DNA of 64,000 bases from a bacterium (GCA_021816845.1 JAKAWT010000001.1:408209-472208); one strand, 5' to 3'. Shown: positions 1 through 15,338, counted from the first letter of the stretch. The notes: generated by a model not told the origin, from the sequence alone. Program-made: numbers and translations.

Positions 1-100
1 TTACTTGTATCACGTAAAACTCTTATAAAAGCAGAAATATATTTATCCATGACTAACTTATAATGTATTTATATGTGATTCTAACATCTATAGGCTCTTC

Positions 101-526
101 TTGTCAACCAATATATGTACTATAATAATTCATATGGGAAACATGGATAGGAATAAGAATTCTATAAGTAAATATTTAATAGCAATGATACTATTATTTT
201 TTATAATTTTATTATCATATAATTTTATTAGGACTTATAATCATTATATTGATGTTAAAAATAAAATTAATGTAATTTCCAATCTCGTAAATACAAATAA
301 AAAGGAAACAAGTATATTGAAAAGTAAATATAAATATTATACTAGTTCCTATTACATACAAAAGGTAGCCAGTAATGATTTAAATTTGGTGAAAAATCCT
401 AATACTTCAGAGATAATTCTTCCTAGTTCTGTAACATCATCATATACTACTCACTTAACAAAAAATAAAACATCTTTAAAAGTTGTAAAACCCTCTTTAT
501 CCTCTTGGATAAGTTTTTTATTATAA
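101..526 (+). CDS. Hypothetical small membrane protein, possibly an FtsB/DivIC-like septum formation initiator
   Basis: N-terminal hydrophobic segment followed by a region (YYTSSYYIQKVASNDLNLVKNPNTSEII) resembling the C-terminal dpeYIeelAR..lgmvkpgE motif of FtsB/DivIC proteins. Start codon uncertain and composition is low-complexity. Confidence 0.3.
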   Translation: MSTNICTIIIHMGNMDRNKNSISKYLIAMILLFFIILLSYNFIRTYNHYIDVKNKINVISNLVNTNKKETSILKSKYKYYTSSYYIQKVASNDLNLVKNPNTSEIILPSSVTSSYTTHLTKNKTSLKVVKPSLSSWISFLL

Positions 527-653
527 TTATTCACGATCTATTTTGATTGACTATTAAAGGTTTTTATTGTATTATCAACTAGTAACTCGTTATTAGTAAT
601 TTGTTACTAGTAAATTAATTATTCGCAATTAATAAGGGTGATCTTTATATTAT

Positions 654-725
<72 letters not shown>

Positions 726-757
726 TTATGACTATGAAAGATACAGGTTTTAAATCT

Positions 758-830
758 GGCGACGTAGCTCAGTCGGTAGAGCAAAGGACTCATAAGCCTT
801 AGGTCACAGGTTCGATTCCTGTCGTCGCTA
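758..830 (+). tRNA. tRNA with CAT anticodon (elongator Met or lysidine-modified Ile2)
   Basis: Acceptor GGCGACG/CGTCGCT, D-arm GCTC-AGTCGGT-AGAGC, anticodon loop CTCATAA, T-arm ACAGG-TTCGATT-CCTGT. Anticodon-stem pair 31:39 is an AxG mismatch. Met versus Ile2 cannot be decided by eye. Confidence 0.75.
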
Positions 831-848
831 TTTTATATTAAAAAATTT

Positions 849-2696
849 ATGAGTAATAATCAAACTAAAAGTAATTCTAAAAAGAGTAATATTATGAAAG
901 GAAGTCCTGGATTCTGGATATTTTTTGCTTTTATAGTAGTATTTTTCCTTTTATATCTATTCATACCAACCATATCTCAAGGTAAAACTGTGCCAATAGG
1001 TACTTTAATAAAAGATATAAAGACTAATAGTGTTAAAAGTGTAGTGATTAACCAAGATTATGCTAATGCTGTTTTAAAGAATAATAAAAATATTACTGCT
1101 AACCTAGGAACTACTACTAATCCAGTAAGTATATTTACAAATAATGGTATTCAACTTGATAAATACCCTCAAATATCTATAGCTGCACAGCCTGCTATTA
1201 GTACTAGTGATATATTAACAATAATATTTATATTGGTTATAGTTTTGAGTACTTGGTATATGATAAGGCAATTTAGGTCTGCAGGATCTGGGGGAATATT
1301 TTCAATGGGTGAATCTAAAGCTAAACTTTTTCTTGGAGCTAAAGAATCTATAACTTTTGATGGTGTGGCTGGTATTGAGGAGGCTAAAGAAGAAGTTCAC
1401 GAGATTGTTGATTTTCTAAAAAATCCTAAAAAATATTTAAATCTTGGAGCTAGAATACCAAAAGGAGTACTGTTTATAGGTGCTCCAGGAACTGGGAAAA
1501 CATTACTTGCTAGAGCTATTGCCGGAGAGAGTGGGGTTCCTTTTTTTTCAACATCAGGTTCAGAATTTGAAGAGATGCTTGTTGGGGCAGGAGCATCAAG
1601 AGTGAGAGATCTTTTTTCTAAAGCAAGAAAAACTTCTCCTTCAATAATATTTATCGATGAGATTGATGCTGTAGCACGAAGAAGAGGTTTAAATTATACA
1701 ACGACTCATACAGAACAAACTTTAAATCAGATACTTGTAGAGATGGATGGGTTTGATATTAATACTAATGTTATTGTAATCGCTGCAACAAATAGACCAG
1801 ATGTTCTTGATCCTGCAATATTACGTCCTGGTAGGTTTGATAGAACTATAGTTATTGATCTTCCAGACCTTCAAGAAAGGAAAAAAATATTAGAACTTCA
1901 TGCTAGGAATAAACCTATTTCTCCATCAGTATCTTTTGATAAAATTGCAAAAAGAACAATAGGCTATTCTGGAGCAGATCTTGAAAATGTGTTAAATGAG
2001 GCAGCTATAATTACTGCAAAAAAGGGTGGAACATCAATTAATGAGGTAGACATTGAAGAAGCTGCAACCAAAGTAGTTATGGGACCAGAAAAGAAGAAAG
2101 TTAGATCTGATAAAGAAAAATCCATTGTAGCATATCATGAGGCTGGACATGCTCTTATATCTAAATTCTTGCCGGAATCAGATCCAGTACATAGGATATC
2201 TATAATATCTAGAGGGAGATCAGGAGGGGCAACAATGTATTTACCGACTGAAGATAATAATCTTTATACAAAGACTAAGATGATCACTATGATTACACAT
2301 ATGCTTGGGGGCAGAGCTGCAGAAAAGATCCAATTTAATGATATTACTAATGGGGCATCTGATGACATAAAAAAGGCTTCAGAAATGGCAAGGAAAATGA
2401 TTACAGATTTTGGTATGTCTGATAAGCTAGGCCCTATACAATATGGAACTACAGAAGATGAATCATATGCTATTCCTGAGAAAAATTACAGTGACAGTAC
2501 CTCTTTAGAGATAGATAAAGAAATCTCTTTAATTATAAATGATGCATATAAAAAAGCTTTATCTATATTAAAAGAATATAAATCGATATTAGATACTTTA
2601 GCTAGTAAATTAATGGATATTGAAGTTATAGAGGGTGATGAATTTAATAGAATTGTAGATACAATGTTGCATGCAGGGGGTAAAACATCAGAATAA
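849..2696 (+). CDS. ftsH: ATP-dependent zinc metalloprotease FtsH
   Basis: N-terminal TM segments, AAA+ Walker A GAPGTGKT, second region of homology, and zinc-binding HEAGHAL motif in the M41 protease domain. Confidence 0.95.
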   Translation: MSNNQTKSNSKKSNIMKGSPGFWIFFAFIVVFFLLYLFIPTISQGKTVPIGTLIKDIKTNSVKSVVINQDYANAVLKNNKNITANLGTTTNPVSIFTNNGIQLDKYPQISIAAQPAISTSDILTIIFILVIVLSTWYMIRQFRSAGSGGIFSMGESKAKLFLGAKESITFDGVAGIEEAKEEVHEIVDFLKNPKKYLNLGARIPKGVLFIGAPGTGKTLLARAIAGESGVPFFSTSGSEFEEMLVGAGASRVRDLFSKARKTSPSIIFIDEIDAVARRRGLNYTTTHTEQTLNQILVEMDGFDINTNVIVIAATNRPDVLDPAILRPGRFDRTIVIDLPDLQERKKILELHARNKPISPSVSFDKIAKRTIGYSGADLENVLNEAAIITAKKGGTSINEVDIEEAATKVVMGPEKKKVRSDKEKSIVAYHEAGHALISKFLPESDPVHRISIISRGRSGGATMYLPTEDNNLYTKTKMITMITHMLGGRAAEKIQFNDITNGASDDIKKASEMARKMITDFGMSDKLGPIQYGTTEDESYAIPEKNYSDSTSLEIDKEISLIINDAYKKALSILKEYKSILDTLASKLMDIEVIEGDEFNRIVDTMLHAGGKTSE

Positions 2697-5373
2697 AAAA
2701 CTATTTTTAATAGACTCTAATGCACTTATATTTAGAGCTTATCATGCTATCCCTGTATTAAAATCTAAAGATAGAAATGTGAATGCTGTATATGGTTTCT
2801 TCCTTATATTTTTTAAAACACTCCAAAATTATAATCCAGATTATATAATTTGTACTTTTGATTCAGCTACTTCTTCTCAAATTAGAAAAGATAAATATTC
2901 TTGGTATAAAGCGAATAGAGCAGAAACCCCAGATGATCTTGTTGATCAATTTAGTTATGTTAAAGATATACTAAAAACTCTAAATATTAAAATTTATGAA
3001 GAGCCATATTATGAGGCTGATGATATTATTGCATCAATAATAGAAGATTTTAAAAATAAAGATGATATTGATATATATGTGATGACGGGTGATAAGGATT
3101 TATTACAACTCATATCTAAAAAAGTATCTCTGTTGATGCCTTTAAAATCATTTTCTGATCCAGTAGAAATAAATATTAACAATGTTAAAGACTATTTTGG
3201 TATGGAACCTAATATGGTTACCACATATAAAGGCCTTAGAGGAGACCCTTCTGATAACATCCCTGGGGTATCGGGGATAGGAGATAAAGGAGCAAAAGAT
3301 TTAGTAAGTGAATTTGGAAATATCTATTCCATATATAAGGCTATAGATAATATAAAACCAAGTATTGCAAAAAAATTGATAGATAATAAAAAATCTGCAC
3401 TAGAATCATTTGATGCAGCATCACTATATTCAAATATATCTTTAAAAGATTTAGATTTAGACAAGAGTACAGTACTTTTTGACCATAAATCCGTAATTTC
3501 CAAGTTAGAAGAATACCAATTTAAAAGTTTAATAAATAAATATTTCCCTGACTATGTGAACTTACAGAATATAGAGTCTGAAAAAATAGGGCGTCTTAAT
3601 GGGGTGATTATTGAGGATCTAAGTTCATTTAGTGATTTTGTACATAAATTGGAAAAAGTTAAGGAATTTGCCTTTCTATGCACGATATATGATAAAAACA
3701 AATTAAATGCAGGATTACTACCTTTTGGTATATCTATATATGTTGAAGGTGATAATCCTACTTTTATAGATTTTAATAATTCTGATATTATTGAATCAAA
3801 TGAGTTTGAAAATTTTAGGAGTATATTCAAAAATGAAAAGATTAGGAAAATAGGTTATGACATAAAAAAACAAATGCATTTTATGAATAATATTTCTACA
3901 AAGGTAAATGGTATATATTTTGATACGCAAATAGCATATTTCATAATAAAGAATAGAAATACATCTCTGAAAAATATAATATTGGATGTTTTTGACAAGA
4001 ATTTATATGATATAGATATCCTAGAGAATAGTAAGAATACTAAATTGGATAAAAAAACTATAGCTCTAATATATGATGATTATAGTAAATATATATATGA
4101 TTTGTATAAATATATTGATCAACAATTTAAGAAAGATAGTACAATATCAAATGTATTTTTTGAGATAGATATGCCATTAGTTCAAATTCTTTATATGATG
4201 GAGTGTGTAGGAATTAAGGTAAATAAGGGTTTTTTAGATAAATTATATGATAAGTTTGAATTAGAACTTAATGCTCTGGAGAAAGATATATATAAAATTG
4301 CAGGGACTGAGTTTAATATTTCCTCACCAACACAATTAGGAAATGTCCTCTTTAAGACTTTGTCTTTGAAATCCTCAGGTAAGAAGAAGAGTGGAATATT
4401 TAATACTGAAGATTCTGTATTACAATCTATAGAACAAGATAATAACATAGTACCTCTAATTAGAAGGTATAAAGAGGTAAGTAAGATAAAAAATACTTAT
4501 ACTAAAAACCTTGTTAAATTAACTGATTATTCAAGTAGGTTGCATACTAGATACAATATAACTGGTGCATCTACGGGAAGATTATCATCTTCTAACCCTA
4601 ATTTACAGAATATTCCTATCAGGACTGAAACTGGTAGGCAGATAAGAGAAGCTTTTGTTGCAGATAAGGGAAAAGTACTATTTTCATTTGACTATTCTCA
4701 AATAGAATTAAGAATAATGGCATATTATTCTGATGATCCAAGTATGAAATATGCCTTTTTGCACGATGAAGATATACATAAGTATACCGCATCAATTATA
4801 TTTCAAAAAAAGCTTGAAGAAGTTACTAGGGATGAAAGATCTGTTGCTAAAACAATTAATTTTGGAGTTATATATGGTATATCAAGTTTTGGTTTATCTA
4901 GGCAGCTTGGTATTTCACGATTAGAAGCTGATACTTTTATAAAGAATTATTTTGATACCTTTTCTAATATATCTAAATATTATGATTGGATTTCTAATTT
5001 TATTAAAGAACACAACTACGTAGAAACATTATATGGAAGGCGTCGATACTTTGATTATAATAAAGGATATGTTTTTGAAAAAAGAATTTTTAGAGAAGCA
5101 ATAAATATGCCTATTCAAGGTACTAGTGCGGATATTATTAAGATTGCCATGAGAAAAATAAGTAATGATATTATAGATAAGTATGATGCTAATATGATTC
5201 TGCAGATACATGATGAATTAATATTTGAAGTTAGTAAAAAGGTTGATTATAATTCTTTTGTTACTGATATAATTGATGCTATGGTAGAAGGATTCAAGTT
5301 AAATGTAGCTTTAAAAGTAGATGTAAAATATGGAGCTAACTGGAAAAATATGATTCTTTATAAAAAATCATGA
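2671..5373 (+). CDS. polA: DNA polymerase I (5'-3' exonuclease domain plus family A polymerase domain)
   Basis: N-terminal FEN-like domain. Polymerase motif A DYSQIELRIMAYYS, motif B RSVAKTINFGVIYG, motif C QIHDELIFE. Start overlaps the ftsH 3' end; exact start codon uncertain. Confidence 0.9.
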   Translation: MQGVKHQNKKLFLIDSNALIFRAYHAIPVLKSKDRNVNAVYGFFLIFFKTLQNYNPDYIICTFDSATSSQIRKDKYSWYKANRAETPDDLVDQFSYVKDILKTLNIKIYEEPYYEADDIIASIIEDFKNKDDIDIYVMTGDKDLLQLISKKVSLLMPLKSFSDPVEININNVKDYFGMEPNMVTTYKGLRGDPSDNIPGVSGIGDKGAKDLVSEFGNIYSIYKAIDNIKPSIAKKLIDNKKSALESFDAASLYSNISLKDLDLDKSTVLFDHKSVISKLEEYQFKSLINKYFPDYVNLQNIESEKIGRLNGVIIEDLSSFSDFVHKLEKVKEFAFLCTIYDKNKLNAGLLPFGISIYVEGDNPTFIDFNNSDIIESNEFENFRSIFKNEKIRKIGYDIKKQMHFMNNISTKVNGIYFDTQIAYFIIKNRNTSLKNIILDVFDKNLYDIDILENSKNTKLDKKTIALIYDDYSKYIYDLYKYIDQQFKKDSTISNVFFEIDMPLVQILYMMECVGIKVNKGFLDKLYDKFELELNALEKDIYKIAGTEFNISSPTQLGNVLFKTLSLKSSGKKKSGIFNTEDSVLQSIEQDNNIVPLIRRYKEVSKIKNTYTKNLVKLTDYSSRLHTRYNITGASTGRLSSSNPNLQNIPIRTETGRQIREAFVADKGKVLFSFDYSQIELRIMAYYSDDPSMKYAFLHDEDIHKYTASIIFQKKLEEVTRDERSVAKTINFGVIYGISSFGLSRQLGISRLEADTFIKNYFDTFSNISKYYDWISNFIKEHNYVETLYGRRRYFDYNKGYVFEKRIFREAINMPIQGTSADIIKIAMRKISNDIIDKYDANMILQIHDELIFEVSKKVDYNSFVTDIIDAMVEGFKLNVALKVDVKYGANWKNMILYKKS

Positions 5374-7109
5374 AAGATATAAGTTTTGATTCTATTTGTA
5401 GGGATCTTCTCAAAATAGAAAATACAAGGTCAAGGAACGAAAGAACTGAGTTATTGGCCAATCTTCTTAATCTTATTCCTAAAGAATTTATTAAAGAATT
5501 TATCTATATGTTGGATGGGAGGATAAATCCAAGATATGTTAAGTCTGATTTCAACATAGGGAGTAAAAGATTAATTATAGTATTTTCTAAAGTTTTTAAC
5601 ATTCCTCAAGAAGAAGTCTCCAGATCTTTTAGAGAAATTGGAGATATAGGATTATTATTTTTTAATCTTAAGAAAAATAAAAAAACAACACCTACTAGTC
5701 TAAAAGATATAATATTAATGCTAAATAAAATTACTCAAATACATGGTAAAAATGCTAATATATATAAAGAAGATGAACTGGTCATTTTGTATAGTAAAAT
5801 TACTCAATTAGAGGGAAGATTCCTATCTAGAATTTTTGTTGGAAATTTAAGGATGGGATTTAGTGATAAAACTATTTTGGATGCGTTATCTTTTTCTTTA
5901 AAGAATAACAAGTCAAAAAGAGCTGAAATAGAATCTGCATATGCAAAATGTTCAGATCTGGGTATAGTAGCAAGTAAAGTTCTTTTTGATTTTAGTTCAT
6001 TAACTTTATTATCTGTAATTCCTGGTATACCTTTGTTTGCAAAATTAGTAGAAAGATCTAAAAGTGTAGATGATGGTATAAAAAGATTTGGAAGTGTTAT
6101 GGTTCAGCCTAAATTTGATGGATTGAGATGTCAAGTTCATATCACAAGTAACGGAGAAATAAAATTTTATTCAAGAGAACTGTATGATATGACTGACATG
6201 TTCCCAGAAATCACAAAATCTTTTTTAAAAATTAAGAACATAAATAGTGCAATATTTGATTCTGAGGTTGTTGGTATTGATAATATTAATAATAAATATT
6301 TAGCATTTCAAGAGACAATGCAAAGGAAAAGGAAATATGGAATAAATTCTTTTATTACTGATATTCCTTTAAGTATATATATCTTTGATATTATGTATCT
6401 CAATGGGAAATCTCTTCTTGAAATTCCGTTATCTGAGAGATTAGTAATTCTAGAAGATATTTTTAGGAATTCTAGTTACACTAACATAAAAGTAGCAGAA
6501 ACTAAGAATTTTTCAGATCCAATCAAACTATATAATTACTTTAAAAAATGCCTATCTAATGGTTTGGAGGGTGTCGTTATAAAGAATCCGTCAAGTTTAT
6601 ATAAACCTGGAACAAGGAATTTTGATTGGTTAAAATTAAAAAGATCTTCCCTAAAGGGTGTTGTAGATACAATAGATGTTGTAATTATGGGGTATTTCAA
6701 AGGAGGAGGTTCGAGGTCTAAATTTGGTATAGGTGCAGTTTTAGTTGGTATATATAACAAGAATAAAAATAGAGTAGAATCTATATCTAAAGTAGGAAGT
6801 GGTTTTTCAGAAAAGCAACTTATTGCAATAAAAAAACAATTAGATATCATAAAAGAGAGGACTATGCCAGTTAGTTATTATGTCAAAAAGGAGATGTATC
6901 CTGATGTATGGGTTAGTCCAAAAATTGTAGTAGAAATAAGGTCTGATGAAATCACTAAGAGTCCCACACATACTGCTTGTGAAGATAGTAAAAATAGAGG
7001 TTTTGCATTAAGATTCCCTAGAATCATTAATGTTAGGAGTGATAAAAGTTTTTATGATACAACTGATGAAAAAGAGATAAAAAATCTTTATAAAATGCAA
7101 AAAGGATAG
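5370..7109 (+). CDS. ATP-dependent DNA ligase (DNA-binding, adenylation and OB domains)
   Basis: Adenylation motif I KFDGLRCQ (KxDGxR), motif IV EGVVIK, motif V WLKLK. ATGA start overlap with the polA stop. Confidence 0.85.
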   Translation: MKDISFDSICRDLLKIENTRSRNERTELLANLLNLIPKEFIKEFIYMLDGRINPRYVKSDFNIGSKRLIIVFSKVFNIPQEEVSRSFREIGDIGLLFFNLKKNKKTTPTSLKDIILMLNKITQIHGKNANIYKEDELVILYSKITQLEGRFLSRIFVGNLRMGFSDKTILDALSFSLKNNKSKRAEIESAYAKCSDLGIVASKVLFDFSSLTLLSVIPGIPLFAKLVERSKSVDDGIKRFGSVMVQPKFDGLRCQVHITSNGEIKFYSRELYDMTDMFPEITKSFLKIKNINSAIFDSEVVGIDNINNKYLAFQETMQRKRKYGINSFITDIPLSIYIFDIMYLNGKSLLEIPLSERLVILEDIFRNSSYTNIKVAETKNFSDPIKLYNYFKKCLSNGLEGVVIKNPSSLYKPGTRNFDWLKLKRSSLKGVVDTIDVVIMGYFKGGGSRSKFGIGAVLVGIYNKNKNRVESISKVGSGFSEKQLIAIKKQLDIIKERTMPVSYYVKKEMYPDVWVSPKIVVEIRSDEITKSPTHTACEDSKNRGFALRFPRIINVRSDKSFYDTTDEKEIKNLYKMQKG

Positions 7110-7134
7110 CCATAAATTGTTATCATGATATAAT

Positions 7135-8256
7135 ATGTCAATGCAAACAAAAAATATAAAAAAACAGAAAGTACTAGTTGCAATGTCTGGAGGTATAGAT
7201 AGTTCTGTAGCAGCATATCTTTTAAAAGAGCAAGGGTATGATCTTATAGGTATACATATGAAATTTTGGACAGAAGAGAGGAAACAAGAAGGTTTTCTTT
7301 CTGGAAAAGAAAATAAATGTTGCTCTATAGAAAGTGTAGAAGATGCTAGAGACGTTTGTAATCAACTTAATATACCCTTTTATGTTTTGAATTTTAGAGA
7401 TGACTTTAAAGATGATGTAGTAAAATATTTTATTAATGCATTTAAAGCTGGTCTGACTCCAAATCCCTGTGTTGTATGTAATAAAAAAATCAAATTTGGA
7501 CTTCTATATGAGAAACTAAAGGAATTTGATGCTGATTATGTTGCAACAGGACATTATGCAAGGATAGCAAAGATAAGTGGGAAATATTATTTACAAAGAG
7601 CTAAAGATATTTCAAAGGATCAATCATATTTCCTCCATAATATTGATAAGTCTGTATTATCGAAAACTATATTCCCTATAGGTGAGATTGATAGCAAGGA
7701 GCAAGTTAGAAAGATAGCATTTGATATCGGCCTTAGAATATCACAAAAGAAAGATTCTCAAGAAATATGTTTTATTCCAGGTAATGATTATAAAGGTTTT
7801 ATTGCAAGAAATGTTAGGCATGAATCACCCAAAGGAGACATAGTAGATATGCATGGAAACATTATAGGGACGCATGATGGTCTATTGTATTATACAATAG
7901 GACAAAGGAAAGGCATTAATACAAAGCTAATAACTCCATTATATGTAATAAAGAAAAATTTTAAAAATAATACTCTTATTGTAGGGAGCCTTGAAGATTG
8001 TACTATAAACAATATAAATCTTTTGAATGCTAATTTTTTAACAGATGACATAGATGACTATAAATATGATATGAAAATACAGATTAGATATAGAGGAAAA
8101 GATTTAGAGGTTGAAAAGTTTAATATTATAAATAATAATACACTAAATATAGTACTAAAAGATGGAGATGTTGGTATAGCTCCAGGTCAATTTGGTGTTT
8201 TATACAACAAGGATAATATAGTTCTTGGTGGAGGAGTGATTAATATAAAGGAGTAA
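7135..8256 (+). CDS. mnmA: tRNA-specific 2-thiouridylase MnmA
   Basis: PP-loop ATPase motif VAMSGGIDSSV; conserved cysteines CVVCN; length and domain order typical of MnmA. Confidence 0.9.
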   Translation: MSMQTKNIKKQKVLVAMSGGIDSSVAAYLLKEQGYDLIGIHMKFWTEERKQEGFLSGKENKCCSIESVEDARDVCNQLNIPFYVLNFRDDFKDDVVKYFINAFKAGLTPNPCVVCNKKIKFGLLYEKLKEFDADYVATGHYARIAKISGKYYLQRAKDISKDQSYFLHNIDKSVLSKTIFPIGEIDSKEQVRKIAFDIGLRISQKKDSQEICFIPGNDYKGFIARNVRHESPKGDIVDMHGNIIGTHDGLLYYTIGQRKGINTKLITPLYVIKKNFKNNTLIVGSLEDCTINNINLLNANFLTDDIDDYKYDMKIQIRYRGKDLEVEKFNIINNNTLNIVLKDGDVGIAPGQFGVLYNKDNIVLGGGVINIKE

Positions 8257-8262
8257 AGAATT

Positions 8263-8700
8263 ATGTTTAACCTTAATTTTCAACAACTTATAAATCTACA
8301 TTATCTAACTGTAACACCAGCAAGTAATTTTTCATATAATAATATATTTTTTTTTCTACTATTTGATCTATTTATTTTATGGATAATCTTCTTATATGTA
8401 TATATTTTTCTCACAGAGAAGGATACTCCTAAATATAGTTTGAGCAAAAAAATATCATGGACATCTTTTTCTCTTACTATATTATTATTAATTTTATTAG
8501 TAGCTAGAAAACATGTAATTGTTGTTTTATCAATGAGAATTTTACTCGTAATATTTTTATTATTATTTATATTGTCTGTTGTATATTTTATATATTATTT
8601 TTTCTTTTCCTTAAAAAAGGCTACTAGACAGTACTATAGAAAGGTTACCATGGAAAAATATCTTCCCAAGAAAAAGAAAAATAAGAAAAAGAAAAAATAA
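8263..8700 (+). CDS. Hypothetical hydrophobic protein with poly-Lys tail; may not be a real gene
   Basis: ORF only. Very low-complexity hydrophobic sequence with a KKKKNKKKKK C-terminus, lying directly upstream of the rRNA promoter region. Confidence 0.25.
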   Translation: MFNLNFQQLINLHYLTVTPASNFSYNNIFFFLLFDLFILWIIFLYVYIFLTEKDTPKYSLSKKISWTSFSLTILLLILLVARKHVIVVLSMRILLVIFLLLFILSVVYFIYYFFFSLKKATRQYYRKVTMEKYLPKKKKNKKKKK

Positions 8701-8727
8701 TAAAATTCCTTTTGTTATAGAATTTAT

Positions 8728-8863
8728 TGACATTTGATTATCTACATGGTATAAGAATATGGTTATATACATGCAAATATTTCCTTAAAAATAGTCCATA
8801 ATAACAATATTTTTAGGCTATAAGGTTATTGACTTTTTATAGTTTAGATGATATAAGTTTTGA
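8728..8863 (+). promoter_or_regulatory. Tandem sigma70-like promoters upstream of the rRNA operon
   Basis: Seen in sequence: TTGACA(8728-8733)-17 nt-TATAAG and TTGACT(8829-8834)-17 nt-TATAAG, about 100 bp apart and about 100-220 bp upstream of the 16S 5' end. Confidence 0.4.
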
Positions 8864-8954
8864 GTCATTTTATGTCTTTGTTCTTTTTACAATTCAAAAG
8901 TAGTAGGGTCTTTAAAATTCGGATTTTGAATATAATCCTTAAAAAATATTTATT

Positions 8955-10462
<1,508 letters not shown>

Positions 10463-10573
10463 TTAAGGAGTATAAACAGTACAATAACCTATTGAATTTT
10501 AATGCACTCTGCTACTTTTGAATTGTAAAAAGGTTCTTTTATAAATAAATATATTTTCTTTCGTACTTGAAGA

Positions 10574-10647
10574 GGGCGACTAGCTCAGTTGGTTAGAGCG
10601 CAGTTCTGATAAGACTGAAGTCCATGGTTCGAATCCATGGTCGCCCA
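10574..10647 (+). tRNA. tRNA-Ile (GAT) in the 16S-23S spacer
   Basis: Acceptor GGGCGAC/GTCGCCC, anticodon loop CTGATAA, T-arm CATGG-TTCGAAT-CCATG. Confidence 0.9.
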
Positions 10648-10676
10648 GTTTATTATTAGATAATACGAGGGAAAAA

Positions 10677-10749
10677 GGGGACGTAGCTTAGTTGGTAGAG
10701 CGCTTCATTTGCACTGAAGAGGTCAGGAGTCCGAATCTCCTCGTCTCCA
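10677..10749 (+). tRNA. tRNA-Ala (TGC) in the 16S-23S spacer
   Basis: Acceptor GGGGACG/CGTCTCC with a G3:U70 pair, anticodon loop TTTGCAC, T-arm AGGAG-TCCGAAT-CTCCT. Confidence 0.9.
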
Positions 10750-10829
10750 TATATTTATTTACAATGCTCTTTCAAAAGTGAATAGAAAAGTGGGTATTTA
10801 ATCGTGTATTTTGCATACTCAAGTAAAAC

Positions 10830-13924
<3,095 letters not shown>

Positions 13925-14002
13925 GTGTATGTAAAATTCGATTAAAGATCCACTATATTCTATTCACTTTTAAAAGAGCATTGATATCTGATATAATGTG
14001 TT

Positions 14003-14113
14003 ACCTCTTGGTGATTGAAGCGAAGTGGAACTACCTCTTCCCATACCGAACAGAGTCGTAAAACGCTTCAGCTCCGAAAATACTGTAAGGGAAGATAGGT
14101 CATTGCCAAGAGT
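14003..14113 (+). rRNA. rrf: 5S ribosomal RNA
   Basis: Helix I CTCTTGG...CCAAGAG; internal CCATACCGAACAGAGTCGTAAAACGCTTCAGC matches the conserved CCATGCCGAACTCAGAAGTGAAACGCCGTAGC block. Confidence 0.85.
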
Positions 14114-14123
14114 TTTTTTGTAT

Positions 14124-15278
14124 ATGAAAAAAAAAGAATCTGTAAAAACAAAATCAAATGTATCTACAAAGGTTGGTAGCTTCAGAGAGCTTTTAGAATC
14201 TAATCCAGTAGTAATAAAACCTCTAAAAAGGGGAGACATTATTGAAGGGTCTATAGTAAAAATAGTTGGAGGTACAGTATTTTTGGATATTAATTATAAA
14301 GCCGAGGGTATTATATCAGGGATAGAACTTAAGTCTCCAGGTTTATCTACAAAAAGTTTGACAGAAGGAGCAGTACTTACAGTGTATGTCCTAAATCCAG
14401 AAAATGAGAATGGACAAGCAGAACTTTCACTAAGGAGAACTGAAGATATTAGAAAATGGAGAAAATTATCTGATGCATGGAAAAACAATGAAGTAATTGA
14501 AGTAAGTGTTGTTGACTATAATTCTGGTGGAGTTCTAGTTGATATTGATGGCTCATTATCAGGATTTGTCCCAATATCTCAATTGGATTTTCTAAGGGTG
14601 TATGATGATTCAGGAACACAAGATGTTTCTACTAAATTAAATTCTTTAATAGGTTCGAAGCTTAATGTTAAAGTCATAGAACTTGATAAAACAAAAGATA
14701 GAATAATATTGTCTGAAAAACTAGTATTATCAAATGAAGATGTAAAATTAAGGAATGAAACAGTTAAAAATGTTAAAGTTAATGATGTTCTTGAAGGTGT
14801 TGTTACTGGGGTTACCCCATATGGATTATTTGTTACAGCGCAAGGACTTGAAGGATTAGTTCATCTTTCTGAAATATCCTGGGATAAAGTATCTGATCCT
14901 AATGATTTTTATAAAGTTGGAGATTTAGTAAAAGTACAAATGATAGGTATGGGGGATGATGGCAAAAGAGTTGCATACTCTATTAAAAGATTACAGAAAG
15001 ATACATGGGATAGTATAATTTCTCAGTATAAAGTAGGTCAGATTGTTAAAGGTACTGTGCAGAAGATAGTTGATTATGGAGTGTTTGTTCGTATAGCAGA
15101 TGGTGTTAATGGACTTATACATATTTCTGAATTATCTGATAATCAAGTATCTAATCCTTCAGAAGTAGTTAAAATTGGTGATAATATTGATCTTAAAGTT
15201 CTTTCAATTTCTCCTGTTGAGCGACATTTAGGACTAAGTCTAAAAAAGGCTAAAGCTAAAACTAAAACAAAAAAATAA
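14124..15278 (+). CDS. rpsA: 30S ribosomal protein S1 (four S1 domains)
   Basis: Repeated S1/OB domains (GxV.G.V...GlFV). The track ORF (14025) starts inside the 5S gene; the first ATG in frame is 14124, about 10 nt after the 5S 3' end. Confidence 0.85.
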   Translation: MKKKESVKTKSNVSTKVGSFRELLESNPVVIKPLKRGDIIEGSIVKIVGGTVFLDINYKAEGIISGIELKSPGLSTKSLTEGAVLTVYVLNPENENGQAELSLRRTEDIRKWRKLSDAWKNNEVIEVSVVDYNSGGVLVDIDGSLSGFVPISQLDFLRVYDDSGTQDVSTKLNSLIGSKLNVKVIELDKTKDRIILSEKLVLSNEDVKLRNETVKNVKVNDVLEGVVTGVTPYGLFVTAQGLEGLVHLSEISWDKVSDPNDFYKVGDLVKVQMIGMGDDGKRVAYSIKRLQKDTWDSIISQYKVGQIVKGTVQKIVDYGVFVRIADGVNGLIHISELSDNQVSNPSEVVKIGDNIDLKVLSISPVERHLGLSLKKAKAKTKTKK

Positions 15279-15338
15279 AATTCTTTATATTTAAATCCTT
15301 TTTCTATATAAAATTCCAATATGTTATAATATGCATAT

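Noticed and set aside
3552-7000. Antisense ORFs inside polA and the ligase (3552-3830, 4191-4448, 5029-5211, 6536-6850, all minus strand), and similar antisense ORFs within clpC, rpoB, rpoC, mfd, hisS and the Wzy_C-like gene
   Set aside because: They are embedded in the opposite strand of well-supported conserved genes. Random ORFs of 60-110 aa are expected in AT-rich DNA.
14025-14123. Upstream extension of the rpsA ORF (track start 14025) and the minus-strand ORF 13970-14239
   Set aside because: The extension overlaps the 5S rRNA gene. The first in-frame ATG (14124) begins the recognisable S1 protein. The antisense ORF overlaps 5S/rpsA and has no supporting features.
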